NCBI GenBank assembly: GCA_964422865.1
Contig: CAYRCU010000001.1
Span: 5,159 to 69,158 of the forward strand
Length of the DNA stretch: 64,000 bases
Direction: 5' to 3'
Origin: an uncultured Gammaproteobacteria bacterium
GTDB lineage: Bacteria > Patescibacteriota > Microgenomatia > UBA8517
The translations under genes and the position numbers were made by a program. Positions 37,527 to 46,469 of the stretch are shown here, in pieces (position 1 is the first letter of the stretch; each line of letters opens with the position of its first letter). The notes beneath the pieces are model-generated. The model saw only the letters and a program-made list of their open reading frames with translations. It was not told the DNA's origin and did not search any database.

Positions 37527-39677
37527 TTATATTGCATCTAAATTGACCTTTCTTAGTGTCATGGCGTTGACTACCACTATTACAGAAGACATGCTCATGA
37601 GTAAGGCGCCAACTTCGGGAGACAACCTGACTCCCCAGGGCACAAACAGCCCTGCTGCCGCAGGAATGGCTATGACGTTGTAGCCCAATGCCCAAACCAG
37701 GTTTTCAACCATTTTCCTGTATACTTTTTTAGCCAAAACTATCAGACTGACAATATCCTGAGGATTGCTTCGGGTCAAAACAACATCTCCTGCTTCAACA
37801 GCCACATCGGTGCCTGCTCCAACAGCTACTCCAACGTTTGATTGGGTTAAGGCGGGTGCGTCATTAACACCGTCACCCACCATCATAACTTTATTGCCCT
37901 CTTTCTGGAGTTTTTTAACATGCTCATATTTATTCTCCGGCAGTACTTGAGCAAAAACAGTATCGATGTTAAGTTCCTTTGCCACCCCGCCAGCCACTTC
38001 TTGACTGTCTCCTGTAAGCATTGCCACCTTAACATCAAGACTGTGAAGCTTGTCGATCGCCTTTTTAGATTCCGGTTTAATCTTGTCACTAAGGGCAATC
38101 AGGCCAATGATTCGTTTGGTGTTGGCTACAAAGGCGACTGTTTTTCCTTTCTCTGAAAGCTTCTGATAAAGCTGGTTTATCTTGTCGTCCAATAATCCCT
38201 TCTCTTTCATCAGCGTTCTGTTGCCAATTAAGTATTCCGTTCCTCCAACGCTGCCTTTTAGACCCTTGCCTGCCAAGTTTTTTATATTTTTAGCTTTTCT
38301 TGGCACGATTGCGTTTTCTTTTGCAAACTTAACAATAGAAACACCCAAAACATGTGAGGAGTGCTGTTCGATTGCAGAGATTAGTGAAAGAAGTTCTTTT
38401 TGTTTTGACGACAATTTGCTTTTGCTTACCTTTCCTTCCTCAATATCAATAACATCAGTTACACCAAACTCCCCAATTGTCAGAGTTCCGGTTTTGTCAA
38501 AAACAACATAGTCAACATCTTTTACAACTTCCAGCTTTGCCATATCTTTAATGAACACTCCGTTTTTTACCGCAAGCCTGGTAGCGATGGTCGAAACAGT
38601 GGGAATTGCCAGGCCCAAAGCATGAGGGCAAGCAATAACCAGGACAGTAATTGCCAATGTCATTGCAAACACAAAAGTCTGCCCCACCACCAAGGACCAA
38701 ATAATCAGAGTGAGAATGGCTACTGCCAGTGCACTAAAGGTAAGCCACCGGGAAGCTTTGTCTGCAATGCGCTGAGCGGTGGGCTTTGTCTGTTGTGCGG
38801 CAGATATTAGTTTTTGAATCTGCCCGATGGTGGAGCTTTCCCCGACTCGATCAAGAGTAATTTCAACTGATCCATCCAAACAAATTGCCCCGGCAATCGT
38901 CCTGTCACCTTTTGCCTTTTCAACGGGTTTGCTTTCTCCGCTGATGTGAGCTTCATTAAAATTAGCGCTACCTCTCAAAATAACACCATCGGCCGGGACC
39001 TTTTCACCCGGCAAAACCCGAACCACGTCTCCTTTTTTTAATTCATTAATATCAACGTCTCTTGTGCCTCCGTCAATAATGAGGTGGGCTTTCTTGGGCA
39101 AAAGCTTAGCTACCTCTTGCAGGGCATTGCCCGCAGCGCTAGATGATTTTGCCTCCAAGAAGTGGCCAAACAAGAGTACCCAAATAAGAGTTGAAATCTC
39201 CAGATAGAATTCGGCTTCGATTGAGGGCACAAAAGTTGAAACAGCAGAAAATAAGTAGCCTGCACCAACCGCTAAAGAGACCAGGGTCATCATCCCGTAC
39301 TGGCGGGCGCGAATCTCATGACTGGCATGTTCAAAAAACACCAATCCAAAGTAGAAAATGATTGTTGCCAGGCCAAATTCAAGGTAGGAGCGGAAAAAAA
39401 AGTCAGAGTAATTAAGAAAGTTAATGCCGAGTTTGCTGAAAATTGCCAGGGGAACCAGTAAAACAGTAACTATATAGAACCTACGAAGGAAGTTCTGAGC
39501 CGCCTCTGGCCCGGCCATCATGTTAGCGTGATCGTGTCCTTCATGGTTGTGGCTATGTTTCCCGACTTGATCCTCTTTGCCTTTTTCAACCAGGTCCATC
39601 CCACCACATTTAGGACACTTCCCGGGCTTATCGGAAATTACTTCCGGATGCATTGGACAAGTGTACATTTTACTCAT
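37527..39677 (-). CDS. Copper-translocating P1B-type ATPase (CPH motif, CopB-like)
   Basis: YTCPMHP...CPKC N-domain, His-rich linker, IACPHALG, DKTGT, GDGVND, YN, MSMSS. Confidence 0.95.
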   Translation of the reverse strand: MSKMYTCPMHPEVISDKPGKCPKCGGMDLVEKGKEDQVGKHSHNHEGHDHANMMAGPEAAQNFLRRFYIVTVLLVPLAIFSKLGINFLNYSDFFFRSYLEFGLATIIFYFGLVFFEHASHEIRARQYGMMTLVSLAVGAGYLFSAVSTFVPSIEAEFYLEISTLIWVLLFGHFLEAKSSSAAGNALQEVAKLLPKKAHLIIDGGTRDVDINELKKGDVVRVLPGEKVPADGVILRGSANFNEAHISGESKPVEKAKGDRTIAGAICLDGSVEITLDRVGESSTIGQIQKLISAAQQTKPTAQRIADKASRWLTFSALAVAILTLIIWSLVVGQTFVFAMTLAITVLVIACPHALGLAIPTVSTIATRLAVKNGVFIKDMAKLEVVKDVDYVVFDKTGTLTIGEFGVTDVIDIEEGKVSKSKLSSKQKELLSLISAIEQHSSHVLGVSIVKFAKENAIVPRKAKNIKNLAGKGLKGSVGGTEYLIGNRTLMKEKGLLDDKINQLYQKLSEKGKTVAFVANTKRIIGLIALSDKIKPESKKAIDKLHSLDVKVAMLTGDSQEVAGGVAKELNIDTVFAQVLPENKYEHVKKLQKEGNKVMMVGDGVNDAPALTQSNVGVAVGAGTDVAVEAGDVVLTRSNPQDIVSLIVLAKKVYRKMVENLVWALGYNVIAIPAAAGLFVPWGVRLSPEVGALLMSMSSVIVVVNAMTLRKVNLDAI

Positions 39678-39678
39678 T

Positions 39679-39945
39679 TTATTGTCTGCGCCTGAATACT
39701 TTCAATAGTTCCTTTATAGCTTTCTCTTTTTGGTTTTTAAACTGATCAGCCACATGAGTTTTAAGATGTCTTTCAAGAATCAAGGCGTCAAGACTCTTTA
39801 GAGAGTTTTGAATTGCAAGGGATTGGTCAAGCACGTTTGTGCAGTATTCCTCCTCTTCAATCATTTTATAAAGGCCATCTAATTGGCCTTTGATAATATT
39901 TATCCGCCTTTTTGCTTGCTTTTTAACGTCGTCAGATTTAAGCAT
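39679..39945 (-). CDS. CsoR/RcnR family metal-sensing repressor (C-H-H fingerprint)
   Basis: RINIIKGQLDG, YCTNVLDQ, ERHLKTH. Confidence 0.9.
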   Translation of the reverse strand: MLKSDDVKKQAKRRINIIKGQLDGLYKMIEEEEYCTNVLDQSLAIQNSLKSLDALILERHLKTHVADQFKNQKEKAIKELLKVFRRRQ

Positions 39946-39951
39946 AATGCT

Positions 39952-39983
39952 TATACCCTACACCCCTCTGGGGTATATGTCAA
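39952..39983 (-). promoter_or_regulatory. CsoR-type operator overlapping a promoter
   Basis: TATACCC-N12-GGGTATA inverted repeat with C/G tracts; adjacent TTGACA on the minus strand. Confidence 0.75.
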
Positions 39984-39992
39984 GTATCTATT

Positions 39993-40778
39993 TTAATTTT
40001 TTACAACGTTAGCTGTAATCGTACTTGTAAGCTTGGGGAAGTTTGGATTGTCGGTATTAACATATATGGTGCGCGTTAACTCCCCTAGGTCGGTGTCATC
40101 TTTGTGTACTGCTGGATTGAAAGACACATTTACGGTCGTGCTCTCATATGTGTTCAATTCTTTTTTACTTACTTTAGCCGATGTACAGCCACAGGAAGTT
40201 GAAACGCGGGTGATTTTTAAAGGTAGTGGCGTGAAGTTGGTTAGGGTAAATGTCGTAGTTGGAACATCTCCGTAGATAACAGTGCCCAAATTATGATTGT
40301 CGGGTGTTATAACAACTTCGTTATTATGTTCTTTATACGCGTTAACTCCCCCGTCAAGATCATATACATTTGTGTATCCAAGACGTGCAATTTCTTGTGA
40401 GGCGTTTTTACTCATGCTTCCTGAGCGGCAATAAACTAGAATTGGTGTTGATTTGTCTTGGGGAAGCTTATCCAAGTTTTTTGATATTTCGTCAAAGGGA
40501 ATAAAAGCGTCGGTACCGGGTATATGGGTTTGCTCGGGTATGTGGACGTCAACCAGAAACCCGTCACCTTTTTTAACAAGTTCGGAAAATTGTGTTGGGC
40601 TGACCAGTTGTACTCCTTTTGAAGCAAAACTTTTTTGACCGGAGTTACTTTTATCGGATCCTGTGTTGCTGTATGCAAAAAATGTAACAACTACAACAAT
40701 TAATCCAAAAAAGGCTAACAAGCTGAAGGTTGCAGTTTTCCTAAAGCGGGCAGATTGAAGAAGTCTTCCTATTATCAT
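39993..40778 (-). CDS. Membrane-anchored rhodanese plus DUF1573 (Ig-like) fusion
   Basis: TM helix, HIPG, VYCRSGSMS, LDGG; then TSCGCT domain. Start set at MIIGRLL. Confidence 0.8.
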   Translation of the reverse strand: MIIGRLLQSARFRKTATFSLLAFFGLIVVVVTFFAYSNTGSDKSNSGQKSFASKGVQLVSPTQFSELVKKGDGFLVDVHIPEQTHIPGTDAFIPFDEISKNLDKLPQDKSTPILVYCRSGSMSKNASQEIARLGYTNVYDLDGGVNAYKEHNNEVVITPDNHNLGTVIYGDVPTTTFTLTNFTPLPLKITRVSTSCGCTSAKVSKKELNTYESTTVNVSFNPAVHKDDTDLGELTRTIYVNTDNPNFPKLTSTITANVVKN

Positions 40779-40782
40779 TTTG

Positions 40783-41757
40783 TTAAACTCCACATCCGCC
40801 CCCGCCTTGTTGTGGTTGTGGAAGACTTTTAATTTTTTGTCGGGTTTCTTGATACCCTTGACCGCTGGAATATTGTGCACTTAGAACCAGCTTTGAATCT
40901 ACTTCATTCCAATCTTGTCCTTGTTCCTCAAAGTATGTAGCAAGCTCGATATAGGTTTGAGGAAACCAATATGAATTAACTTTCAGTGCCGTATCATACA
41001 TTTTTCGTTCGCTTGCTCCATTTGCTACCATGAGCTCCAAAAGGCCAAGCATGGCCATTCCGTGATTGCAATCAGGGAAATGAGTTGAGTTTCCACAACA
41101 GGGTCTAAAAATTCCCCTTGACACACGATCAACCAGTTCCTGCTGTTCTTTTGTGAGTATGACATAGGGATGTGCACTGAAATGGTTCATCACATTGCCA
41201 CGACTAAGTGACCAGCCTCCGGTCGATGCAAACTTACTTGCATCTCCCCCATATTTTTGATCTGTCATTTCACCGTTTGTTAATATTTCATTTTTATTTG
41301 CCAAGCCAAATGCCCAAAGCATGTCAAGTAAAAACCTGCTATTTTGCGAGGTCATTACAATTTTTTTGTTCCACACCCCCGAAAGAATTTTTTCTTCGCT
41401 GTCTTGCAGGCCATTTTTAAAAAGCTCTTTGAACTTGGCTTCATCTATGACTCCATCTGCAACCATTCTTTTTCCCAGATCACCCCATGTTATTGGCAAC
41501 TCAACCCCTTCTTTTGAAATAACTGTGTCTTGTAATTTTGATGAGTCTATTTTTGACTCAGTCACCTTACCAGCCTTTTGGACTCCCTTATTTTTAGAAA
41601 TCAGGGTTGAAAAGCTAAACCTTGGTTTTATGTTAAAGCTAAAGACTTGAGTGAAGATAACGACTCCTAATAAAGTAAATGCTGCCGCTCTCCAAAACTT
41701 AATTGAATTATCTCTCTTTACGTTCTTGTTTATATTTTTTCTTACTAATCTGGGCAT
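40783..41757 (-). CDS. Uncharacterised membrane-anchored Cys/His-motif protein
   Basis: TM helix, RPCCGNSTHFPDCNHGMAML, C-terminal GGGCGV. Confidence 0.8.
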   Translation of the reverse strand: MPRLVRKNINKNVKRDNSIKFWRAAAFTLLGVVIFTQVFSFNIKPRFSFSTLISKNKGVQKAGKVTESKIDSSKLQDTVISKEGVELPITWGDLGKRMVADGVIDEAKFKELFKNGLQDSEEKILSGVWNKKIVMTSQNSRFLLDMLWAFGLANKNEILTNGEMTDQKYGGDASKFASTGGWSLSRGNVMNHFSAHPYVILTKEQQELVDRVSRGIFRPCCGNSTHFPDCNHGMAMLGLLELMVANGASERKMYDTALKVNSYWFPQTYIELATYFEEQGQDWNEVDSKLVLSAQYSSGQGYQETRQKIKSLPQPQQGGGGCGV

Positions 41758-41758
41758 A

Positions 41759-42265
41759 TCAAATGTAATAATTTAATAAAATGTAAATCCCCATGCTTAA
41801 AAGCAACATTGAGCCGAGACTTAAAATAATTGATTGAAAGGGGAACAAAACTTTTCCGTTTTTCTTTTTAATCAGAGTGTTTACCGTGTCAACTAAATAA
41901 AACAATATTCCTCCTGCAAGTATGCCGAATGTTAATTTAGGGAGATTAAATACAAGACCATTATGCTCATTTATAAGTCCAAATCTGTAGAAGGATACTA
42001 TTGTTGTAACAAAAATTAATAGATAGAAAACTTGCTTTTGGAATGGAATGTAAGTTTTATTAACTGAATTTGTGATCCAGAAACTCATAGCACCCAAGAA
42101 CGCACCCATCCAAACTCCGGTGATGGAATCGTCGATGCCCAGCACTCTTGAGAGTGACAACCCTGCGCCCGCACCCGCTACACAGAGTGGACAGTGCGCG
42201 TGAGCCGGTTTTGCAAATAATAAGCCCGTTATTGATAAGGGGATGCTGTATTTTAAGTTTTTCAT
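41759..42265 (-). CDS. Uncharacterised membrane protein with HCPLC motif
   Basis: Signal-like PAHA then HCPLCVAGAG, GIDD, about 4 TM helices. Confidence 0.8.
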   Translation of the reverse strand: MKNLKYSIPLSITGLLFAKPAHAHCPLCVAGAGAGLSLSRVLGIDDSITGVWMGAFLGAMSFWITNSVNKTYIPFQKQVFYLLIFVTTIVSFYRFGLINEHNGLVFNLPKLTFGILAGGILFYLVDTVNTLIKKKNGKVLFPFQSIILSLGSMLLLSMGIYILLNYYI

Positions 42266-42897
42266 CTGATTACGGTTCCATCAAAGGTTAACTCTTTGAT
42301 TCCCGACGGTTTGCTAAAGGTTAGTCGCACGGCTCTATTGAAAGGCCCTACTCCCTGCGGACCATGAGCAGCAGGATTAAACTCCACAATTATTTTTGCT
42401 GTTTCTCCGGGAGGGATTTCAAAATTTATTGGAGGATTCTTATCTCCCGGGTGCTCCATGCCAAAAAATCTTGATTCTTTGCCGTTTAGTGACACCTTTG
42501 CCTTAGTACACATGCAGGAAGTTACAATTTTTTGCAATTTTGCGGTTTGAGTGGTCTCGTTTTTTACTTCATATTCTCTTGAGATTAAACCACCATTAAT
42601 CGGAACGTCACCGAGTTTGTAAGTTTCAGGACTAATTTGAATATCGGTAATCTGGACCTGAGATTGATTATTTTCGTCTGCAGTGCTTTCTTCTGTACCT
42701 TGCGAAAATGCAAAACCTATAACCAGAACGGCTGTAAGCGCAATAATTCCAAAAAATATTTTTATATCGCCAGATCCAAACTTGTTTATATCGCCAGATC
42801 CAAACTTGTTTATATCACTAGATCCAAACTTGTTTATATCACTAGATCTAAACTTGTTTATATCGCCAGATCCAAACTTGTTTATATCGTTTCCCAT
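42262..42897 (-). CDS. DUF1573-like protein with N-terminal tandem repeat
   Basis: (DINKFGSG)x5, TM helix, TSCMCT, FGMEH, PAAHGP. Confidence 0.8.
   Translation of the reverse strand: MGNDINKFGSGDINKFRSSDINKFGSSDINKFGSGDINKFGSGDIKIFFGIIALTAVLVIGFAFSQGTEESTADENNQSQVQITDIQISPETYKLGDVPINGGLISREYEVKNETTQTAKLQKIVTSCMCTKAKVSLNGKESRFFGMEHPGDKNPPINFEIPPGETAKIIVEFNPAAHGPQGVGPFNRAVRLTFSKPSGIKELTFDGTVIR
42761..42889. repeat. 24-bp coding tandem repeat, about 5.4 copies
   Basis: Unit TTTATATC(G/A)C(C/T)AGATC(C/T)AAACTTG. Confidence 0.95.
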
Positions 42898-43170
42898 TTA
42901 TTTTTCATTTCTCCCAAAAAGATCAACGATTTCTTCAATGAGTTTCTCTCTTTTGGATTTGGTTCCATGGATTTCATTAAAAACACATGAATGAAGATGT
43001 CCGTGAAGTATTAGTTCATCTACTTTTTTAAGTGCAGCTTGCACTGCTTTAGACTGATGAATCACATCAGGGCAATATGCATCTTCTTCAACCATACTGC
43101 GCACTTTTTTAAGATGCCCTTCTGCTCTTGCTAATCTATCTATTGCCTGCTTCTTGACAGTTTTATCCAT
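42898..43170 (-). CDS. csoR: CsoR family repressor (C-H-C fingerprint)
   Basis: RLARAEGH, YCPDVIHQ, HGHLHSC. Confidence 0.88.
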   Translation of the reverse strand: MDKTVKKQAIDRLARAEGHLKKVRSMVEEDAYCPDVIHQSKAVQAALKKVDELILHGHLHSCVFNEIHGTKSKREKLIEEIVDLFGRNEK

Positions 43171-43181
43171 AATACCTATTC

Positions 43182-43206
43182 TATCCTTATCCCCCCGTTA
43201 GGGATA
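43182..43206. promoter_or_regulatory. Second CsoR-type operator, in a divergent intergenic region
   Basis: TATCCTTATCCCCCCGTTAGGGATA inverted repeat with C tract; TAGAAT-7nt-ATG on the minus strand. Confidence 0.6.
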
Positions 43207-43233
43207 TTATTTATAATAATGGATTGATTATTC

Positions 43234-43836
43234 TTGTCAATGGGGGAAAATAACAAAAATAAAATGAAAAAGAAAACCGATCAAAAAGAAATCGAGAAAT
43301 TATTAAAAAAAGTGGCAGATGTTACAAAAGAAAACAAGATTGATTTGTCCTCCGGTGAAGACCTTTCCGTGGGAATAATGAACCTTATTGCCATAGAAGA
43401 GCATCTTTTTTACACTTCACAAAAAACCGGAAAGAAAAAATATTTGGGTCTTCTTAATGAGATCCGAGCAATGCGAACAGAGCTTATGCAGGAGATAATC
43501 AAAGATTATGAAGGGGAGGTTTGGTGTATTAGTAAGCATTTGCTGGCTGCTTCGATGAGGGTGATGGAAGTTGGAACAAAGGAGCTTAAGAAAGGCAACA
43601 AAGACAAAGCTTGGAATTTATTTAGAAAGAGTTACAATCTTTACTCTTTATTTTGGGGCATAAACCTTGGCGTTGTTAAAACCGATAAAATAAAGCGTGG
43701 TGACAAAGGAGTGAATTTAACAAACAAGAGTTTGCAAGCTTCATTTATAGATGATGATAATAAAAGTGGGTCTGCTTCACTATTTAGCAAGCTTGGGCAG
43801 ATTGTTCAAAAGGCAATAGATTGTTGCAAAGAGTGA
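43234..43836 (+). CDS. Hypothetical helical protein with C-terminal CC
   Basis: EEHL, WCISKHL, DCCKE; start probably a nearby downstream ATG. Confidence 0.75.
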   Translation: MSMGENNKNKMKKKTDQKEIEKLLKKVADVTKENKIDLSSGEDLSVGIMNLIAIEEHLFYTSQKTGKKKYLGLLNEIRAMRTELMQEIIKDYEGEVWCISKHLLAASMRVMEVGTKELKKGNKDKAWNLFRKSYNLYSLFWGINLGVVKTDKIKRGDKGVNLTNKSLQASFIDDDNKSGSASLFSKLGQIVQKAIDCCKE

Positions 43837-43897
43837 CTATTGGATGATCAGACTGGACTTATTGGAGGCATGAATAAGACAGCTTTGGAGAGAAACT

Positions 43898-45307
43898 CTA
43901 GATACAGCAACTTAATTTTGAGATGTCTTTCTTAAAAGAAAGCGCTGCAAGTTTTATTCCCTCGCTTAGTGTGGGGAACATTGGCAGCGAATTAATTACA
44001 TCATCAATAGTGTTTTTGTTTTTTACTAGCATCATGGCTTCAGCTATTAACTCTCCGGCTTGGGGAGCAAGAATATGAACTCCAAGAATTTCGGCTGTTT
44101 CTGGGTGAATACTCATACTAATCAGGCCTTCTGTTCTTCGCAGTATAGCGGCTTTGGGAACATGCTTGAAAGAGACTGTGCGACATGCGCAAGTATTCAT
44201 TCTTTTCATTTGTTCTTCCTCGGTTAACCCTACACCTGCTAGCTGGGGATCAGTAAAAATAGTATAGGGAACAGCATTGTAATCAATGTTATTCTTTGTA
44301 ATTTTGAGAGCGTTTTCGGCAGCTAAAGTTCCTTCACGACCGGCAGTCGTCTCAAGCCTGAGTGGTAAATCAACAACATCTCCAACCGCAAAAATGTTTG
44401 GATTATTGGTTTGAAAATTCTCATTAACCACTATAGACTTTCTATCATTTACTTTTACATTGGTAAGTTGCAGTCCCAAACCATTAGTATTTGCGGTCTT
44501 GCCTGTTGCCAAAAGGATTTCATCACAGATTATTTCATCTTGTTTGCCATCTACCTCATAAACAACAATTTTCTTTTCACCTTCTTTTCTTACGCTTTTT
44601 ATTGGAGCATTTGTTTTAACTGTAATACCTTCTTTTTTAAATATTTCTAATAATCGTGCCACCAGTGCTTTGTCTCCTGTTCTAAAGACTGCATCGCCTC
44701 TAACAAGCATTGTTACTTTTGTTCCAAATCGAGCAAACATTTGAGAAAATTCCAAGGCTATTGCCCCTCCACCAACAACCACCAGCTCTTTTGGTTGAGT
44801 TTCCAGTTTTAACGCTTCAATGTGAGTTATATATCCAGCTTTCTTTATTCCATCAATAGGAGGAATATTGGCTGTAGAGCCAGTTGCAATAATAAATTTA
44901 TCTGCTTGCAGCCTCTCTCCATTTACTTCAACTTCTGTTTCAGAAATAAACTTTGCTCGCCCTTCAATTAAAGTAACATTTTCAAGATTTGCCAGTACTC
45001 CCTCATACTTCTCATTGCGCATTTTCTCAACCAAGGAAAGCTCATCTGCTATAACTCTTTGAAAGTCAAAGTTTTTAACTTCAAGCTCTATGCCGGGGAC
45101 ATTGTGATTTTTTGCCAAGTGTAGTAATTCTCCTGCATAAAGCAGAGTTTTAGATGGAACACAACCAACATTTACACAAGTTCCTCCTAGAGGAAGCCCG
45201 TCATTTATTATTGCAGTTTTGGCTCCCAACTCATCGGCTTTAATGGCAGCCGCAAAAGCACCAGCTCCACCACCTATAATAACTAAATCAAACTGCTGTT
45301 CTGTCAT
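43898..45307 (-). CDS. merA: Mercuric reductase (no NmerA domain)
   Basis: GGGAGA, GGTCVNVGCVPSK, FTDPQ, C-terminal LSCCI vicinal cysteines. Confidence 0.92.
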   Translation of the reverse strand: MTEQQFDLVIIGGGAGAFAAAIKADELGAKTAIINDGLPLGGTCVNVGCVPSKTLLYAGELLHLAKNHNVPGIELEVKNFDFQRVIADELSLVEKMRNEKYEGVLANLENVTLIEGRAKFISETEVEVNGERLQADKFIIATGSTANIPPIDGIKKAGYITHIEALKLETQPKELVVVGGGAIALEFSQMFARFGTKVTMLVRGDAVFRTGDKALVARLLEIFKKEGITVKTNAPIKSVRKEGEKKIVVYEVDGKQDEIICDEILLATGKTANTNGLGLQLTNVKVNDRKSIVVNENFQTNNPNIFAVGDVVDLPLRLETTAGREGTLAAENALKITKNNIDYNAVPYTIFTDPQLAGVGLTEEEQMKRMNTCACRTVSFKHVPKAAILRRTEGLISMSIHPETAEILGVHILAPQAGELIAEAMMLVKNKNTIDDVINSLPMFPTLSEGIKLAALSFKKDISKLSCCI

Positions 45308-45675
45308 TTGTTTTCAGTATAAATCGTATCAGAGTAGATTGTCGCCTTATATGGTTCTATCGCTTTAATAATTTGTTCGTCGCTTACTTTTCTTTTCTCG
45401 TAAATTACCCACCCCTCACCGTCAAGATTATCCGTAAAACCCACATAAGCATCGATTACACCGCCAACTGCCTTCAGATTGTATTCTGCGCCAACTGCGC
45501 ATGAAGTACACCACATTCCTTCGATTGATAATTCTGCCTTGTATAACTGTCGTCCATTAAGCGAACCCAGTACTGCCGAAACTCCATTATTTGAACCAGA
45601 AATCCTATTTTTTGTCATAATCCCTCCTAAAATAGCTGTGCTTAGTACCACAATTAGGAAAATAATTTTTCTCAT
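45304..45675 (-). CDS. MerP-like HMA-domain protein
   Basis: N-terminal TM/signal, IEGMWCTSC. Confidence 0.82.
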   Translation of the reverse strand: MRKIIFLIVVLSTAILGGIMTKNRISGSNNGVSAVLGSLNGRQLYKAELSIEGMWCTSCAVGAEYNLKAVGGVIDAYVGFTDNLDGEGWVIYEKRKVSDEQIIKAIEPYKATIYSDTIYTENK

Positions 45676-46046
45676 AAATTAGTGTCGAATCTTAGTTGAT
45701 AAACCCAGGGTGCAATCAAAGGTGTGACAATAAAAGTCAAAAAATAATAAAGCAAGATTGCTACTAAGAATGAACCGCCAAACATCAATAACTGTTGTTC
45801 TTTGGCTAAATGTTTACTTCGGCAGTTTTTTCTATATAACTTATAAAACCCAAACCCTAAAACCATTATCCCAAAGCCAAGAAAATACGGCTTACGGTAG
45901 CCAATAGATAAAGCAGTTGATGCACTGCCTACTCCCAGTAGAATTAGTGCGAGAGGGCCAATGCAACACAGGGAGGCGACAAGGGCTGATAACACACCCC
46001 ATTTCAGAGATGAATCAGTGGTTCTTTCCTGTTCGTTTTTTTTCAC
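45672..46046 (-). CDS. MerT-like mercury transporter
   Basis: ASLCCIGPL, YRKPYF, 3 TM helices. Confidence 0.85.
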   Translation of the reverse strand: MKKNEQERTTDSSLKWGVLSALVASLCCIGPLALILLGVGSASTALSIGYRKPYFLGFGIMVLGFGFYKLYRKNCRSKHLAKEQQLLMFGGSFLVAILLYYFLTFIVTPLIAPWVYQLRFDTNL

Positions 46047-46381
46047 AATAATTCTTTTATTTTTTCATTTTTTAAAGAGTAATAAATAGTTTGCCCTTCT
46101 CGACGAGTTGCCACTATCCCGGCTTTGCGCAGCAGTTTTAATTGATGGGATACTGCTGATACAGTGGTGCCCAGAATTTCTGCCATGTCACAAACACAAA
46201 GTTCGTTTAATTCACCAATCAGTTTAATAAGCTTATAGCGTGTTTCTCCTGAAAGCAGTTGGTGAAGCTTAATCTTTTTGGCCAAGCTCGTATCTTTTTT
46301 TAGAGCGCTGTAAACCTTATTGATCTCTTTCTTTGACAAAGTCGGGCCAACACAAATGTGACCCAAGTGTTTTACTTTCAT
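46043..46381 (-). CDS. ArsR/SmtB (CadC-like) repressor
   Basis: ELCVCDMA, SAVSHQLKLLR, RREGQTIYYSL; start set at MKVKHLGHIC. Confidence 0.92.
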   Translation of the reverse strand: MKVKHLGHICVGPTLSKKEINKVYSALKKDTSLAKKIKLHQLLSGETRYKLIKLIGELNELCVCDMAEILGTTVSAVSHQLKLLRKAGIVATRREGQTIYYSLKNEKIKELL

Positions 46382-46385
46382 GATG

Positions 46386-46435
46386 TTTGAATAAGTGTTC
46401 AAATAAAGAATATTAGGTGAATCCTGTTCTGTCAA
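46386..46435 (-). promoter_or_regulatory. Promoter and ArsR/SmtB-type operator of the mer module
   Basis: TTGACA-N17-TATTCT followed by TTTGAA-N6-TTCAAA inverted repeat just before the ATG. Confidence 0.75.
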
Positions 46436-46469
46436 TAGCCAGCCGGGTGAGCTTGACCCGTTTTGCGGC

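Noticed and set aside
42761-42889. Possible CRISPR or iteron array
   Set aside because: Head-to-tail 24-bp units with no spacers, in frame within a CDS
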